A DNA stretch of 32,000 nucleotides from Acholeplasma laidlawii PG-8A (lineage in GTDB: Bacteria; Bacillota_I; Bacilli_A; Acholeplasmatales; Acholeplasmataceae): the NCBI RefSeq assembly GCF_000018785.1, contig NC_010163.1, positions 1,080,001 to 1,112,000 on the forward strand, given 5' to 3'. Shown piece after piece: positions 8,034-16,497 of this stretch (position 1 is the stretch's first letter; each line of letters opens with the position of its first letter). Under the pieces are notes generated by a model. It saw only the letters and a list, made by a program, of their open reading frames with translations. It made no database searches and was not told where the DNA came from. A program made the position numbers and the translations under genes.

Positions 8034-8673
8034 TATTTATAGATTCAATAAATAGTTGATAGGACTTCTTTTCAATGTCTTTATTGTTATTCTTTAGTTT
8101 TAAATACTCAAACTTTAACGCTTCCCATAATCCAGCAGCCTCTATATTGCTAAGTTTAAAAGAATAGTTTCTACTTCTTGGTCTTTCATTCCATAAATAA
8201 GTAGGTGATGAAGCATTCTTGTCTCTTATAATGATTTTTTGAGATTGATTTTCTTGATCATCTAATACATCTTCCACAATTCCAAAATCACAAGAATGTA
8301 CTATACTACTTTTTTCATGGTCTATTAACTTAATTGTAATTGCATTCTTATTATCTTTTGTCTGATAACCGTATTTTTTACCTATTTTTTGAATAATTTT
8401 GAAGAAATTTTCACGAATAATCTTTGCACTATTGTATCCTTTAGCTACTTTCTTAAGGCTTAGATTATAGTCAAAATCAAATCCCTTGTTAGATCCTATT
8501 TCTTTTGTAATGAGTTTTTTTCTGCCACTACCGATTAATGAAAATTGAAATGTATACTCTGGTTTCATTTCATCTTGAATTTCTCTAATAATTTCCTCAA
8601 ACTTATTTCTAACCGGTGTATATTCACCTTTTACTACAAATTCATACGCCATATATTTAACTTTTGCACTCAA
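8002..8673 (-). CDS. Pol-beta-superfamily nucleotidyltransferase-like protein, subfamily unknown
   Basis: SLIGSGRKKLITKEIGSNKGFDFDYNL (G-S ... D-x-D) plus a later acidic strand HSCDFGIV. The track start is the TTG at 8671-8673; an alternative ATG is at 8650-8652. No strong RBS seen. Confidence 0.6.
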   Translation of the reverse strand: MSAKVKYMAYEFVVKGEYTPVRNKFEEIIREIQDEMKPEYTFQFSLIGSGRKKLITKEIGSNKGFDFDYNLSLKKVAKGYNSAKIIRENFFKIIQKIGKKYGYQTKDNKNAITIKLIDHEKSSIVHSCDFGIVEDVLDDQENQSQKIIIRDKNASSPTYLWNERPRSRNYSFKLSNIEAAGLWEALKFEYLKLKNNNKDIEKKSYQLFIESINNVYNKYDWEN

Positions 8674-8890
8674 CTTTTATTAATCTAGTTGTGTACCCCT
8701 ATCCTCTCTAATTATAATTTCAAATCTATCATACTTATTGCTTTGAGTGATTTTTGAACAGAGTCCTATCAAATCTCTGTTATAATTTTCCAGTGCAAGT
8801 CTTATCTACACATTAAACTTATTAATTAAATCAATACTCAAATTTACATAGTTACTCAAACAAATTAATTTATAGTTTATCAAGAGAATC

Positions 8891-9199
8891 TTAATTTTTT
8901 TCAACCGATTTCATCTTATAATTACTTTCAATTTCGTACGTTCCTGATTTGGGTTTTAATATTTCATTCGACTTATTATCATGTTCTTTTGTAAATAAAT
9001 ACGTTAATGTAGTTATTAAATATATAGAGAAAATTAATATACATAACGATAATACTATAACTAAATCAGTTTGATTTTTCTTAAGTGCAAACACTCCAGC
9101 TGTAATAAATGATGCGTACACAGTTACACCTATACTCATTATCAGTATTATTTTACTTTTAGATAGCTTAACATATTCTGTGGGGCTTTTTTCAGACAT
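8891..9199 (-). CDS. Small membrane protein with 2 predicted TM helices, function unknown
   Basis: 102 aa with two hydrophobic stretches (IILIMSIGVTVYASFITAGVFAL and LVIVLSLCILIFSIYLITTLTYLF). GAGAGGTGA RBS. The start is 6 nt after the upstream stop. Confidence 0.6.
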   Translation of the reverse strand: MSEKSPTEYVKLSKSKIILIMSIGVTVYASFITAGVFALKKNQTDLVIVLSLCILIFSIYLITTLTYLFTKEHDNKSNEILKPKSGTYEIESNYKMKSVEKN

Positions 9200-9205
9200 C
9201 TTATT

Positions 9206-9766
9206 TCACCTCTCTTCCATAATTACTTTAATGTAGTAATGTAATGTAATATATATTTGTAAACCAGTTAGTATAGTTAAAATCAGCACACCATTATGAT
9301 TATCTGAATAATTCAGATAAATCGTAAACATGACGTTAATTAGCATAGTTAACAAGAAATCACTAAAATAGATTTTATTATGTTTTGTAGCTAGTATTTT
9401 ATGTCCACCATCACCAAACTGAAAACATATAATAACCACTGTGATCCCAAATCCGAATACTGCAGTGAATATACTTGTTCCATAATTATTTTCAACACCT
9501 TTGATACTAATTGCACTTAAGATACCGATGAGTGCACTCGGCATTTGTAGTGCAAATAAAGACGTTAATCTATATAGTTTATTATTTTTTGACTCTATAA
9601 TGTCTGTTAAAAATGGTAAAAAGAATATCACGAAAATTATCACAACTTTTACAGATGTAATGTTTTCAAAGTATTTCAACTCATAAAATATAAACACTAT
9701 TGGTATTAACAGTAATAATTTTCTAAGAATACTTATTTGTTTTTTTACAAATTTATCATCGCCCAT
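9206..9766 (-). CDS. Polytopic membrane protein with about 5 TM helices, function unknown
   Basis: 186 aa, about 5 hydrophobic segments, AGGTGAGGA RBS. No family recognised. Confidence 0.6.
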   Translation of the reverse strand: MGDDKFVKKQISILRKLLLLIPIVFIFYELKYFENITSVKVVIIFVIFFLPFLTDIIESKNNKLYRLTSLFALQMPSALIGILSAISIKGVENNYGTSIFTAVFGFGITVVIICFQFGDGGHKILATKHNKIYFSDFLLTMLINVMFTIYLNYSDNHNGVLILTILTGLQIYITLHYYIKVIMEER

Positions 9767-9799
9767 TATAGTTCCTCACCTATTATTTAATCTATAATG

Positions 9800-9915
9800 A
9801 AAAAGACAACCAAAAAAGGTTGTCTTAAATTCATTACATTATTTATTTTACTTATCCAACATTTATACATAAACAAAGAATCCTCCCCTTGGATTATTTA
9901 TTATGTATGTATTGC
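9800..9915 (-). repeat. Intergenic 3'-UTR/terminator element, copy B (contains an orphan terminator hairpin at 9804-9825)
   Basis: Hairpin agacaacc-aaaaaa-ggttgtct is identical in stem to 1191-1212. It is followed by acttatcca (9850-9858), cccc (9885-9888), gattattt (9892-9899) and attgc (9911-9915), in the same order as copy A. Confidence 0.6.
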
Positions 9916-10040
9916 TCCCCCAAGCCACACATGTCTACATTGTATCATGTTTTTTTAAAATGTTAATAATTTACGGTTCTTAATGCATAAATATATGTCC
10001 ATTTTCCTTGTAAAATACAGTAACTTAAGTATATAACATG

Positions 10041-10080
10041 AAAAATAGAAAAAACCTAACCATTTTACCGGTTAGGTTTT
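10041..10080 (-). terminator. Rho-independent terminator of the GH94-like gene
   Basis: Stem aacctaacc (10053-10061) / ggttaggtt (10070-10078). On the minus strand it is followed by ttttctattttt. Confidence 0.65.
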
Positions 10081-10097
10081 CTATCTATAATGTCATA

Positions 10098-10122
10098 CAC
10101 ATATCTTATCCGGGGAGATTAG
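10098..10122. repeat. Short GC-rich repeat acatatc[ttatc]cggggagattag (copy 1, overlaps the GH94 stop codon)
   Basis: Matches 29990-30009 exactly apart from a 5-nt ttatc insertion. The GC-rich core ccgggg is unusual in this AT-rich sequence. Confidence 0.5.
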
Positions 10123-12647
10123 TCTTGTATATGTATTACATTTTGGTGTTCCAATATGGATTTATTAATATCTATATATAGTAGACCACTTAAAGTATCT
10201 AGTTTAGCTTCGATTACTTTACCATTTAATTTAAATGTTCTATTACCGTTGTTATTGTTTTTATACACGATGCGTGTAAGTTTGTTACCAATACTTACCA
10301 TCAGTGTTGCTTCTTTTGAGAAGAATGCTTTTGATGGACGAAGTCTTAGGTGATCAAACTTTACTTCAAGGCCAAATAAACCACGAATTAAAGTTTTAAG
10401 TAATGTATTTGCAGAACCTGTATACCAGTCACTCATGGACTCACCGTCCATGTTAAGCTCCTCATTGTGTACATATGAGTTTGGCATAATAAATGGTGAT
10501 GTAGACATTTCCTTTTTAGTAATAGGTAAAACTTTCAAGACTTGCTCATTAGCAAAATCTCCTTCACCTAACATATAAAGTGCTAAGACACCAAAAAGTG
10601 TTGCATGTACATAAGTTGCTGCATTTTCAGCTGTACCAGGTGGTAGGTTTATAATACGACCAAATCCGTGGAAGTCTTGCATGGCTGGATCAAATGTTTT
10701 TAGACCATATTTAGAGTCAAGATTATGGAATGCGTGTAATAAATGTGGTTTCATCTCAGGTGTATTTTTAATCATATCTGAGATGATATAAAAAGCATTA
10801 GAGGTTAAGCTATTTCTTGAGTGACCATCCGGGTCATTAAAGCTACCTACAAAGTAACTTCTGTCATGTCCCCAACCATGTAAAACGCGTTTTTCATCTT
10901 GCTTTATTACGACTGCGTATTTATTAATGCCTAAAGATAAATTATGTCTTACCACCTCATATGTGTTAATATGTTCATTTTGAGGATCAACTAGTTTTAA
11001 GATTTCAATCATGCGTTCTAAGTTTTCATATAGTTGGAGTGTTGCCATAACAGAAACACCATTACCATAACCTGAACTACCTTCAATTAAACCTAAGCCA
11101 TCAAGTGCATCATTCCAGTCTCCGTATAATGCCTTTAGGCCATATGTACTTGGATCAATATTAGACACTAAGTAATTAGTAACTCTAATTAAGTGTTCTA
11201 ATACAGAGTTTTCTACTTTAGATTTTTTAGCACTGTTTGGTTCAATACGCTCATAATACCCACATACTTCATTTAAGATATCATAATCCTCAGTATATGC
11301 TAAATAGGTATGAAGGGTTGAAATAATCCATAGACCTTGGTCAATAAATGGTCTTAAATCCATCCTCGGATTACCCTCTTTAGGAGGAAGCGCATATTGT
11401 CTAGGCGGTAATCCGGATGGATCAATAAAGGAAAGGACTTCTAATATTTTACTTCTTACATTTTTTCTATCCCAAATCAGTGATGATTCTAATTGTTGCA
11501 TAACATCTCTAACACCTAAAAATACGGTACCTGAGTTTGAAGATAGGGATGAGAAGTGTATTTGGTAATTAACTAACTTTAAAAACTGATTTAAGACTTT
11601 ATCATCTACTCGATTGTCATTTACACCTTTAAAGGAGATGCCAAAGTTATCAAAATCATAACTTTGAGTATTAGATAAACCTTCATATACTTTTTTAATT
11701 TCTTTATCAGTTAAATCAGATGCCATCATCTTATTTAATGTATCTTTATCGTGGCATGTTTCAATACGGTAACTACTAATGATGGTATCATAGGCTTTCA
11801 CTTCGTAGTTAATTAAATCAGCATTAATTGCAGTATCTGTAAAATTTGTAACAAGGGGTGCTTTTTCAAATTTTAGACTTCGAATGCTTAAAGCATTACG
11901 AACTGATCTATAACGTTTACCTACATAATCAATTCTTGAAGTTGTATTTTGAATGTTTTTAGGTTTTGTATGAAGATGTCTTTTAACCACACCATAATTT
12001 TCAATTCTGGTGTGTCTATCAATATCTTCTGGTGCATCATATATAAACATGTTATTTTCATAACTTACCTTTTTAAACCATTTTGTTTCAATACTTTCAC
12101 CGCTATCATATTTAAATAGCATATTAAAGAATGATGAAAGTGTAATTTGTTTGGTCTCTCCTGTTAGGTTGTGTGCTACTGTATTAAAGTAAATTTTAAA
12201 GTCTTTACTAATATAGACTGTAACCGCATATAAGAAGTTCTTAGTAACTGTAATATAGTAAGCTATATTTTTACTAAACACTGTGTAACGTTTATTTTCT
12301 ATTTCATCATTACGCTCTGATACACCTAGTAAAGACACAGGATATGTGTTGTTACCATCTTGTTCAATTCCAAAAAAATCTAAAAATGGTTCTTTACCTT
12401 CTAAATTTGGCGGTAGTATATAGTAAGATGAATGGTTTATTGAAATATAACCTGATGCATATGCCCAAATGGTCATACCATTTACGGCATATGGAAACCT
12501 AGCTCCACTATTGACAGGATCTGTTATAAGTGTTAATTCATCATCTAAGTAGTAAGCACCACTAGCAAGCTTTGTAATATTTAATTGGCCACTTTCAAAA
12601 AGTGAAATTTTTTGATAAATACTGATTACATCTTGTTTAAGTTTCAT
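10119..12647 (-). CDS. GH94-like glycoside phosphorylase, probably a beta-1,3-gluco-oligosaccharide (laminaribiose-type) phosphorylase by context
   Basis: 842 aa. LYGDWNDALDG (the GH94 catalytic DWND region) and C-terminal YTGSANTLLKTLIRGLFGL. Neighbours are GH16, a phosphohexomutase and a sugar ABC transporter. Substrate specificity is inferred. Confidence 0.7.
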   Translation of the reverse strand: MKLKQDVISIYQKISLFESGQLNITKLASGAYYLDDELTLITDPVNSGARFPYAVNGMTIWAYASGYISINHSSYYILPPNLEGKEPFLDFFGIEQDGNNTYPVSLLGVSERNDEIENKRYTVFSKNIAYYITVTKNFLYAVTVYISKDFKIYFNTVAHNLTGETKQITLSSFFNMLFKYDSGESIETKWFKKVSYENNMFIYDAPEDIDRHTRIENYGVVKRHLHTKPKNIQNTTSRIDYVGKRYRSVRNALSIRSLKFEKAPLVTNFTDTAINADLINYEVKAYDTIISSYRIETCHDKDTLNKMMASDLTDKEIKKVYEGLSNTQSYDFDNFGISFKGVNDNRVDDKVLNQFLKLVNYQIHFSSLSSNSGTVFLGVRDVMQQLESSLIWDRKNVRSKILEVLSFIDPSGLPPRQYALPPKEGNPRMDLRPFIDQGLWIISTLHTYLAYTEDYDILNEVCGYYERIEPNSAKKSKVENSVLEHLIRVTNYLVSNIDPSTYGLKALYGDWNDALDGLGLIEGSSGYGNGVSVMATLQLYENLERMIEILKLVDPQNEHINTYEVVRHNLSLGINKYAVVIKQDEKRVLHGWGHDRSYFVGSFNDPDGHSRNSLTSNAFYIISDMIKNTPEMKPHLLHAFHNLDSKYGLKTFDPAMQDFHGFGRIINLPPGTAENAATYVHATLFGVLALYMLGEGDFANEQVLKVLPITKKEMSTSPFIMPNSYVHNEELNMDGESMSDWYTGSANTLLKTLIRGLFGLEVKFDHLRLRPSKAFFSKEATLMVSIGNKLTRIVYKNNNNGNRTFKLNGKVIEAKLDTLSGLLYIDINKSILEHQNVIHIQD

Positions 12648-12651
12648 GTTA

Positions 12652-14025
12652 TCATATTCCTTTTAGTATATTTTTTAATGATTCGATAATGGATTCACTT
12701 TTTGACACATCATTTGTTTCAACAAATATTCTTAAGAGTGGCTCAGTACCTGAGAATCTTAAGAGTATCCATTCATCATTTTCTAGTACATATTTATAAT
12801 TTGATTTATATTGAATCACTTGTTTGAATTCAAATGGTAGGTTTGTCTTTTTATTGAGAAAATCTATAAGTTTTTCTCTGTCGTCAAATACCATTTCTGC
12901 TTCTTTTGTATATCTATAAAAGTTTGCAAATTCACGTACTTCAGCTACAATCTGTGAAAGTGGTTTTGCAAGTTTTGTTACAATCTCTATCATTAAGAGC
13001 GCGGATAAGGTAGAGTCTTTACCCTTAACATAATCTCTAATGGTAAGACCTCCTGAGGATTCACCACCAATTAAAGCATCATGCTGCATCATTCCAGCTG
13101 ATATATTTTTAAATCCTACATCGACGGTATGCGCTTTAAATTTTAGCTTTTTTGCAAGTGCATCAATAAGGTTAGAGGTTGCAATATTTTTTACAATATC
13201 ACCAGACAAGTGTCTGTGTTTTACTAGATAATAATAAATAACTGCAAGTATTTCATTATTATCTACAAAGTTACCGTGCTCATCGATCATACCCAGTCTA
13301 TCTGCATCTGAATCCAGACCCATAATAAGCTCATAACCTTTTTCCTTTTGAAGTTCCCGGTTTACGCCAATAACTTCTTCTAAAGGGTTTGGCAGGATAT
13401 AGTTAAAGTTAGGCGTTTGATCCCCTCTTAAAAACTCTAAGTTTACTAAATTATAGTAACGTTTAAAATAAGGAATTGTCTTTACACCTGTACCATGTAT
13501 AAAGTCTACTAATATCTTATTTTCAGCATTTGGTTTAATATCAATGAATTTTTTGACAAAGTTAAAGTAAGGTGATAAAAAATCAATTTTAACAACTTCT
13601 TTTATATCACGCTTATTTAATGAACCCGGTTCATTAATTAACTTTTCCAAATGGTTTGTTGCTTCTTCACTGGCATCTACTCCATGTTCAAAAAGTTTAA
13701 CACCATTATAATTATATGGATTATGAGATGCAGTGATCATCATGCCAATTGAAATATTTAAGTAACGTGCCATATACATCGCAACCGGTGTTGGTGTAGC
13801 ATCATCACTTAAATACACTTTAATACCGGCAGCAGATAATACTTCAGCAATTAAATTAGCTGTCTCTTCTGAATAGGCTCTAAAGTCATAAGATAAAGAC
13901 ACTTCTTTCTTATATTGTTTTTCTTTAATGTATTTATAGATACCTGTTGCGATTTTAACAATATTTTCCGGAATGAAATCTTTTCCGATAATTCCCCTAA
14001 ATCCACCGGTAGTAAATCTAATCAT
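12652..14025 (-). CDS. Alpha-D-phosphohexomutase (phosphoglucomutase/phosphomannomutase family)
   Basis: All four family motifs are present: TASHNP, GLDSDADR, GGESSGG and RFSGTEP. I prefer the ATG at 14023-14025 (AAGGTGA 7 nt upstream) over the TTG at 14031. TGAAAATG junction with the GH16 gene. Confidence 0.85.
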   Translation of the reverse strand: MIRFTTGGFRGIIGKDFIPENIVKIATGIYKYIKEKQYKKEVSLSYDFRAYSEETANLIAEVLSAAGIKVYLSDDATPTPVAMYMARYLNISIGMMITASHNPYNYNGVKLFEHGVDASEEATNHLEKLINEPGSLNKRDIKEVVKIDFLSPYFNFVKKFIDIKPNAENKILVDFIHGTGVKTIPYFKRYYNLVNLEFLRGDQTPNFNYILPNPLEEVIGVNRELQKEKGYELIMGLDSDADRLGMIDEHGNFVDNNEILAVIYYYLVKHRHLSGDIVKNIATSNLIDALAKKLKFKAHTVDVGFKNISAGMMQHDALIGGESSGGLTIRDYVKGKDSTLSALLMIEIVTKLAKPLSQIVAEVREFANFYRYTKEAEMVFDDREKLIDFLNKKTNLPFEFKQVIQYKSNYKYVLENDEWILLRFSGTEPLLRIFVETNDVSKSESIIESLKNILKGI

Positions 14026-14027
14026 TT

Positions 14028-16484
14028 TCAATTCACCTTGTGTGTTAAATTTATAAATAAATCATCATATGTGATATTTGTTCCCTCAAAAATCACATTG
14101 ATGGCTCTAGTGCCTTCCACTAGATTAATTACGGATGTAAAGTTTGTAAATGTATTCGCGTTTAAGTTTGATACAATAATATCTTCACCACTTATCACAT
14201 TTAAATCTTTATCTAAATACTCAATACGTACAACTGCGTTATTTGAAGCTTTGGCTTTGAGTTTAAGTGTGAGTTCAAAGGCATCATTTAACCCTGTAAT
14301 AAGGGACTCAGCACTGCCAAGTAAACCAGTTTTTAATTCACCATTTGAAATCACTGCATCCCCTGTTAACATATAACCTGTTTCATAATCTAGATCACCG
14401 TGTGGTAAAAGGTTAGAAACTGGTTTTTTTATTGGCGCTGTTGGGTAAAATGCTGTTGGAGAGGATGCCCCAGTTGGACCAACAACATACGGATGATCCG
14501 GGAATGACTCATATTTGAAATATTCAACTTCTAAATAATCTGTTTCAAAGTTTGGATCTCCTGCCCAGTTATTTGGAAACCATACACCAATCCAGTATCT
14601 TGCAGACATCGTTGGAACTTTAGTATGTTCTGTATATGCAAGTTTGCCATCGATAAAGTATTTAATATGAGGCGTCGGTAGTGTATGCCATTCAAAACGG
14701 TATATATGCCAGTTTCCATCATTATGGAAACTATCCATTTGATGGGTGTGGTTGTTATAGTTTGTTTCGGTTAACCAGTTGGTTAACCAAACTGTACTAA
14801 AATCATTGCCTACGTTAAACTCAAAATCAATTTCACTATTAATACCATCTAAGTAGTTAAATGTCCAAAATGCTGTTGTTGCCCCAAAACGTGGCATGAT
14901 TTTAGCTTTTACTTCAAAAGATCCTGGGCCAAATGCTTCTTTAGTATAGATAGCTCCCCCAGTGCGTTTTCCATTATTTTGTTCAACACCTTTTAATGGA
15001 CCTTCATAGTAATCACCATTGGCTTGAATGAGTAAATTACCTTCTTCTGTGTAGTGTACGTTTTGGAAGATTACACCACCATGATGTGTACCTCCCCAAC
15101 GTTGATTTGCAACAGCCCAAACATTGGAGTCAATACCATTTTTAAAATCTATGTTTAAACGTTGCACATCATCACCTTCTTCTACGATTTCGGGCCTGGG
15201 TTTTTTAGTTAGGTTAAAGAATAAATCATCGAAGTAAATACCAGAATCTCCTCCAATTAAAGACACTTCAACACGTTTAGTTCCAAGAGGTACATTAAAG
15301 GTAAATTCTTTACCATAGAATGTATCTGCTATAAAATCTTCATCGCTTGAGTTAAACTCAATCATATACTGATCAATTTTTTGTGTCTCTGCTGGGTAGA
15401 ACTCTAATAAGACATATCCACTACCATTTAAAGGTAGTTTTGCATGTGCACTAAATGTCATTTCAAATGTTTCATCTAATCCTGTGACAAATTGATATGC
15501 AATATCATTTTGTGGAACAAAGATTCCTCTTGATCCGTTTAAGCCTTCACCTTCTAGTAGTTCCACACCACTAGTTACAGGATAACGCCAAGCTGGAGCA
15601 TCTGTTTCAAAACCTGCATTTGAAATGAGGTTTGCTATTGGATGTTCAATCGCCTCTGATGGATAAAAGTTTGAAGGACTTTGATTATTTGCTGGCGTTG
15701 GTGTATATGGTTGTTCTTTAAATGGTGTATATTTGAACCAGTCTACATAGGTATAGTCTGTTTCAAAATCAGGTACACCTGCCCATGCATCTGGAAACCA
15801 GTTACCAATATTAAATTCTCCTGCATGATCTGGTACATAAGAAGATTGTGATGAAACTAATACATCATCAATATAATAATCAATACGTTTTGGATCTGTA
15901 AACCAGTCAAAACGGTATGTACGCCACTCAAAATCATTTTGTGCAAAATCTAAGGTATTAGACACTGTACTATATTCTGTTAAACTAATCCAGTTTGTAG
16001 TCCATACTTTTCTAAAGTCATTTTCGACGTTACTTTCGATATCTATTTCATGGTTCATACCATTATCATAATAGTAAGTCCACATAGCAGTAGTTGAACC
16101 AAAACGTGGCATAATACGCATACGTACTTCAAATCTACCAGGACCTAGTGCTTCTCTTGTTGTAATCATTGCACCTGTACGTCTGCCATGATTATTTCCA
16201 ATACCACGAAGTGGACCATCATACAAGTCACCATTGGTTTGAAGAACTACAATACCGTCATTTGTGTAATGGACGTTTTCATAGATGACACCACCATTAC
16301 CTACACCCCACTTACTATTACCAATAACCCACATATTCGGGTCAATTCCGTTATCAAAATCATCAAATACAATATTCTCTAAATCTAGATATTTATCTGG
16401 ATCAAATTTTGGTTCTTCTTTTTCTACACAACTTACCAATAGGATAGAAAGTAGAAAAATCATGATTAAGCTTATTTTCTTCAT
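14028..16484 (-). CDS. Secreted lipoprotein with two GH16 (laminarinase-type) catalytic domains, each followed by a CBM-like module
   Basis: Lipobox LLSILLVSC. Two GH16 ExDxE motifs (HEIDIES and SEIDFEF) sit in duplicated modules of about 230 aa. CBM4_9-like segments follow each module (NLISNAGFE..., NLLPHGDLDYE...). I prefer the ATG at 16482-16484 (MKKISLIM...). Confidence 0.8.
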   Translation of the reverse strand: MKKISLIMIFLLSILLVSCVEKEEPKFDPDKYLDLENIVFDDFDNGIDPNMWVIGNSKWGVGNGGVIYENVHYTNDGIVVLQTNGDLYDGPLRGIGNNHGRRTGAMITTREALGPGRFEVRMRIMPRFGSTTAMWTYYYDNGMNHEIDIESNVENDFRKVWTTNWISLTEYSTVSNTLDFAQNDFEWRTYRFDWFTDPKRIDYYIDDVLVSSQSSYVPDHAGEFNIGNWFPDAWAGVPDFETDYTYVDWFKYTPFKEQPYTPTPANNQSPSNFYPSEAIEHPIANLISNAGFETDAPAWRYPVTSGVELLEGEGLNGSRGIFVPQNDIAYQFVTGLDETFEMTFSAHAKLPLNGSGYVLLEFYPAETQKIDQYMIEFNSSDEDFIADTFYGKEFTFNVPLGTKRVEVSLIGGDSGIYFDDLFFNLTKKPRPEIVEEGDDVQRLNIDFKNGIDSNVWAVANQRWGGTHHGGVIFQNVHYTEEGNLLIQANGDYYEGPLKGVEQNNGKRTGGAIYTKEAFGPGSFEVKAKIMPRFGATTAFWTFNYLDGINSEIDFEFNVGNDFSTVWLTNWLTETNYNNHTHQMDSFHNDGNWHIYRFEWHTLPTPHIKYFIDGKLAYTEHTKVPTMSARYWIGVWFPNNWAGDPNFETDYLEVEYFKYESFPDHPYVVGPTGASSPTAFYPTAPIKKPVSNLLPHGDLDYETGYMLTGDAVISNGELKTGLLGSAESLITGLNDAFELTLKLKAKASNNAVVRIEYLDKDLNVISGEDIIVSNLNANTFTNFTSVINLVEGTRAINVIFEGTNITYDDLFINLTHKVN

Positions 16485-16497
16485 ATATTTGTCCTTT

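Noticed and set aside
8674-8890. Promoter or terminator calls in the spacer between the membrane-protein operon and the NTase gene
   Set aside because: Only weak -35/-10 candidates and a 7-bp hairpin (aacagag/ctctgtt) without a T-run on the minus strand were present. The sequence alone cannot show whether the NTase pair is transcribed independently.
2400-9800. Mobile-element signatures (integrase, transposase, tRNA attachment site, terminal inverted repeats) around the two defence islands (2400-9800 and 24100-30000)
   Set aside because: No recombinase-like ORF and no tRNA-like sequence was recognisable. Only the intergenic direct repeats were found, and these are reported as a finding rather than called a mobile element.
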